A stretch of 64,000 nt of DNA from Amphiscolops sp. MND2022 (lineage: Eukaryota), in the NCBI GenBank assembly GCA_964187785.1, contig OZ076409.1, forward strand, positions 41,292,001 through 41,356,000. The letters run 5' to 3'. The position numbers and the translations under genes were made by a program. Positions within the stretch are counted from its first letter, which is position 1. Every line of letters begins with the position of its first letter. Below, in pieces: positions 62,309-64,000 of the stretch. A model generated the notes under the pieces. It saw only the letters and a list, made by a program, of their open reading frames with translations. It did not search any database and was not told the DNA's origin.

Positions 62309-63625
62309 ATGCAGTTCGGAACCTCTAAAGCTGAAATTAAACATGGGAAGACCTTCCGCCGCCTCCGTTCCTTTTTTAAAGGGGGAAGGAGTGTCCGTGC
62401 AGCACAACCAATGGATGTTCATGATGTTCAACCTCAAAATGAATCCCAAATGGTAGATGAACATGACCGATCGACGAAGTCAGAGGATTTGAACTTGGAA
62501 GATTGGCCTATGGAAGATAGTTTCGAACATGTCTTCAATTTTCTAGACCCAATGCTATCTAACTTTCAGGATACCGAGCCGGAGAGGAGCATAAGCACTC
62601 CCAGTTCTAGTTCAATATCGTTGTCGAAAAGATCCTCTCTCTATGAAACCTGTATCCAGATTTATCAGAAACAGGACCAACGATTAGAGGCCCTGGAGCA
62701 ACAGATGGATGAGATGTCAACCTTTTTGGCACAAAGCACACTTCGCAGGGAGAAACTGCTAGCGCGAGCGCTAGCACAAATGCAGTTGATAAATGCAGAA
62801 GTGCAGGTACACCTCAGAAATGCCGATATCAATATTTCAAACGACGCCGAATCAGAACCACTGACACCGCCGACAAAAGACATGGGGGTGGACCCAATAC
62901 CTTTGGACACCACAACCATGTGTATTGCTGACACGTTGCCTGAATATCACGCCGGTGATAATGGTTTGCGCGAGCGCAACCTCTACTCAAGTGATACAAA
63001 GAATGAACGAATATCAATCTCACCCTCCACTTCCTTATCGCTGGATTCTTCAAGCAACTCTCACTTCCCTGGAACAAAGTCCCTAATATCAACTACGTGG
63101 TTGCCACCGAAGTTGCTGAAAGACTCCAATGAGCCACCTTTTGCTGAACGTGGGCTACGGGATTTTATTCAGGTGGACCCGCCAGTCTTTATCAATTGGT
63201 TGCCTGGTGGTTCAGCTAAAACTCGACCAACTGGTCATAGACGTGGTCGACCACCGCGCACAGACTATGAGCACTCATGGCAAAAAGTTCTCTTGTCCCT
63301 TTATGATGGACGTCGCCGTGGCCGTCCACCACGCCAAGTTCTACCATGGTTGCTCCGACCGAAGGGACATAGACGTGGCCGTCCTCCGAACAACTTTTCC
63401 AGTCTTAAGACAGACCCAGTCTCCACGGTTTTCTTTATCGGATTTCCTGGTGCTTCGTGCTTGTTGCACGTCCTGCTGCTATTGGATGGTGATGTCTATC
63501 CAGTCCAAACCACACTCCACTTCTTTTCAAAGGGGGAGGTATGTCAGGCATTCAATTTTGTCCATTCCTCACTATCCTCATGTGAAAGAGGGTGCTCAAC
63601 GACTAAGGCCCGGGAGGTCAACTAA
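62309..63625 (+). CDS. Orphan protein (~438 aa) with coiled coil and three AT-hook motifs (RRGRPP)
   Basis: Long uninterrupted ORF (62246-63625; first ATG 62309). Heptad-like QDQRLEALEQQMDEM and (G/H)RRGRPP x3 at 63233-63390. Confidence 0.6.
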   Translation: MQFGTSKAEIKHGKTFRRLRSFFKGGRSVRAAQPMDVHDVQPQNESQMVDEHDRSTKSEDLNLEDWPMEDSFEHVFNFLDPMLSNFQDTEPERSISTPSSSSISLSKRSSLYETCIQIYQKQDQRLEALEQQMDEMSTFLAQSTLRREKLLARALAQMQLINAEVQVHLRNADINISNDAESEPLTPPTKDMGVDPIPLDTTTMCIADTLPEYHAGDNGLRERNLYSSDTKNERISISPSTSLSLDSSSNSHFPGTKSLISTTWLPPKLLKDSNEPPFAERGLRDFIQVDPPVFINWLPGGSAKTRPTGHRRGRPPRTDYEHSWQKVLLSLYDGRRRGRPPRQVLPWLLRPKGHRRGRPPNNFSSLKTDPVSTVFFIGFPGASCLLHVLLLLDGDVYPVQTTLHFFSKGEVCQAFNFVHSSLSSCERGCSTTKAREVN

Positions 63626-64000
63626 GGCCCGGGGAGCCTCAGTTGAAGACAAACACCCCTACACTCATCAACTCAATTGGATAACGCCCGGAGGATATCA
63701 CTACGTTTGGTAATGGATACCTTGCAGCGCGATGTTCTTGTTGGAGCAGTTTTTTCTGCAATTTTGTTTCGTAATTTTAGTAGTCATGTAAACGTACGTC
63801 GCGACATTTTTGTTTTTAGTTTTATTTGAGATGTTTGAATTCAAATACTTCTGTTAATTCAATAAGTAACACAGAAACTCTAAAAAAAACTCTACATGTA
63901 TCTCTTCACCCGAAAGGTGCTATTTTTGTTTTTGCGTAAATTTTCCCAAAGATTTCCAGTAGTTTCCTTCAAATTTCAGTGTGGTATCCAGAAAAAACGG

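Overview
This is AT-rich animal (invertebrate) genomic DNA dominated by decayed and nested transposable elements. It has spliceosomal introns and no operons, rRNA or CRISPR. The repeat families resemble ones I associate with acoel flatworms, but this is not verified. Main content: (1) A multi-exon gene on the + strand (~32.8-54.75 kb) encodes a NERD-like PD-(D/E)xK nuclease domain fused to a Schlafen/DUF2075-like SF1 helicase. Its Walker A motif is split by a probable GC-AG intron, and its Walker A and Walker B exons are separated by a phase-matched 19.2-kb intron packed with TEs. (2) A Russian-doll nest spans ~12.9-31.2 kb. A BEL/Pao LTR element is interrupted by an RTE-like LINE (~13-bp TSD). 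The LINE is interrupted by a 12.2-kb DNA transposon with CATTACG termini and a 2-bp TSD, which carries several C-type-lectin gene fragments, Helentron-like HINEs and a SINE. (3) A dead Pao element inside the long intron has been tandemly amplified (3.6 kb x2, 2.24 kb x3) and hit twice by the same CATTA family. (4) At 57-64 kb an old, nearly indel-free ~720-bp repeat lies next to an intact orphan ORF with a coiled coil and three AT-hooks. (5) There are further remnants of Pao, Gypsy-like, CR1/L2-like and L1-like elements, MITEs and SINEs. All calls were made by eye from the sequence and the ORF track, with no database searches.
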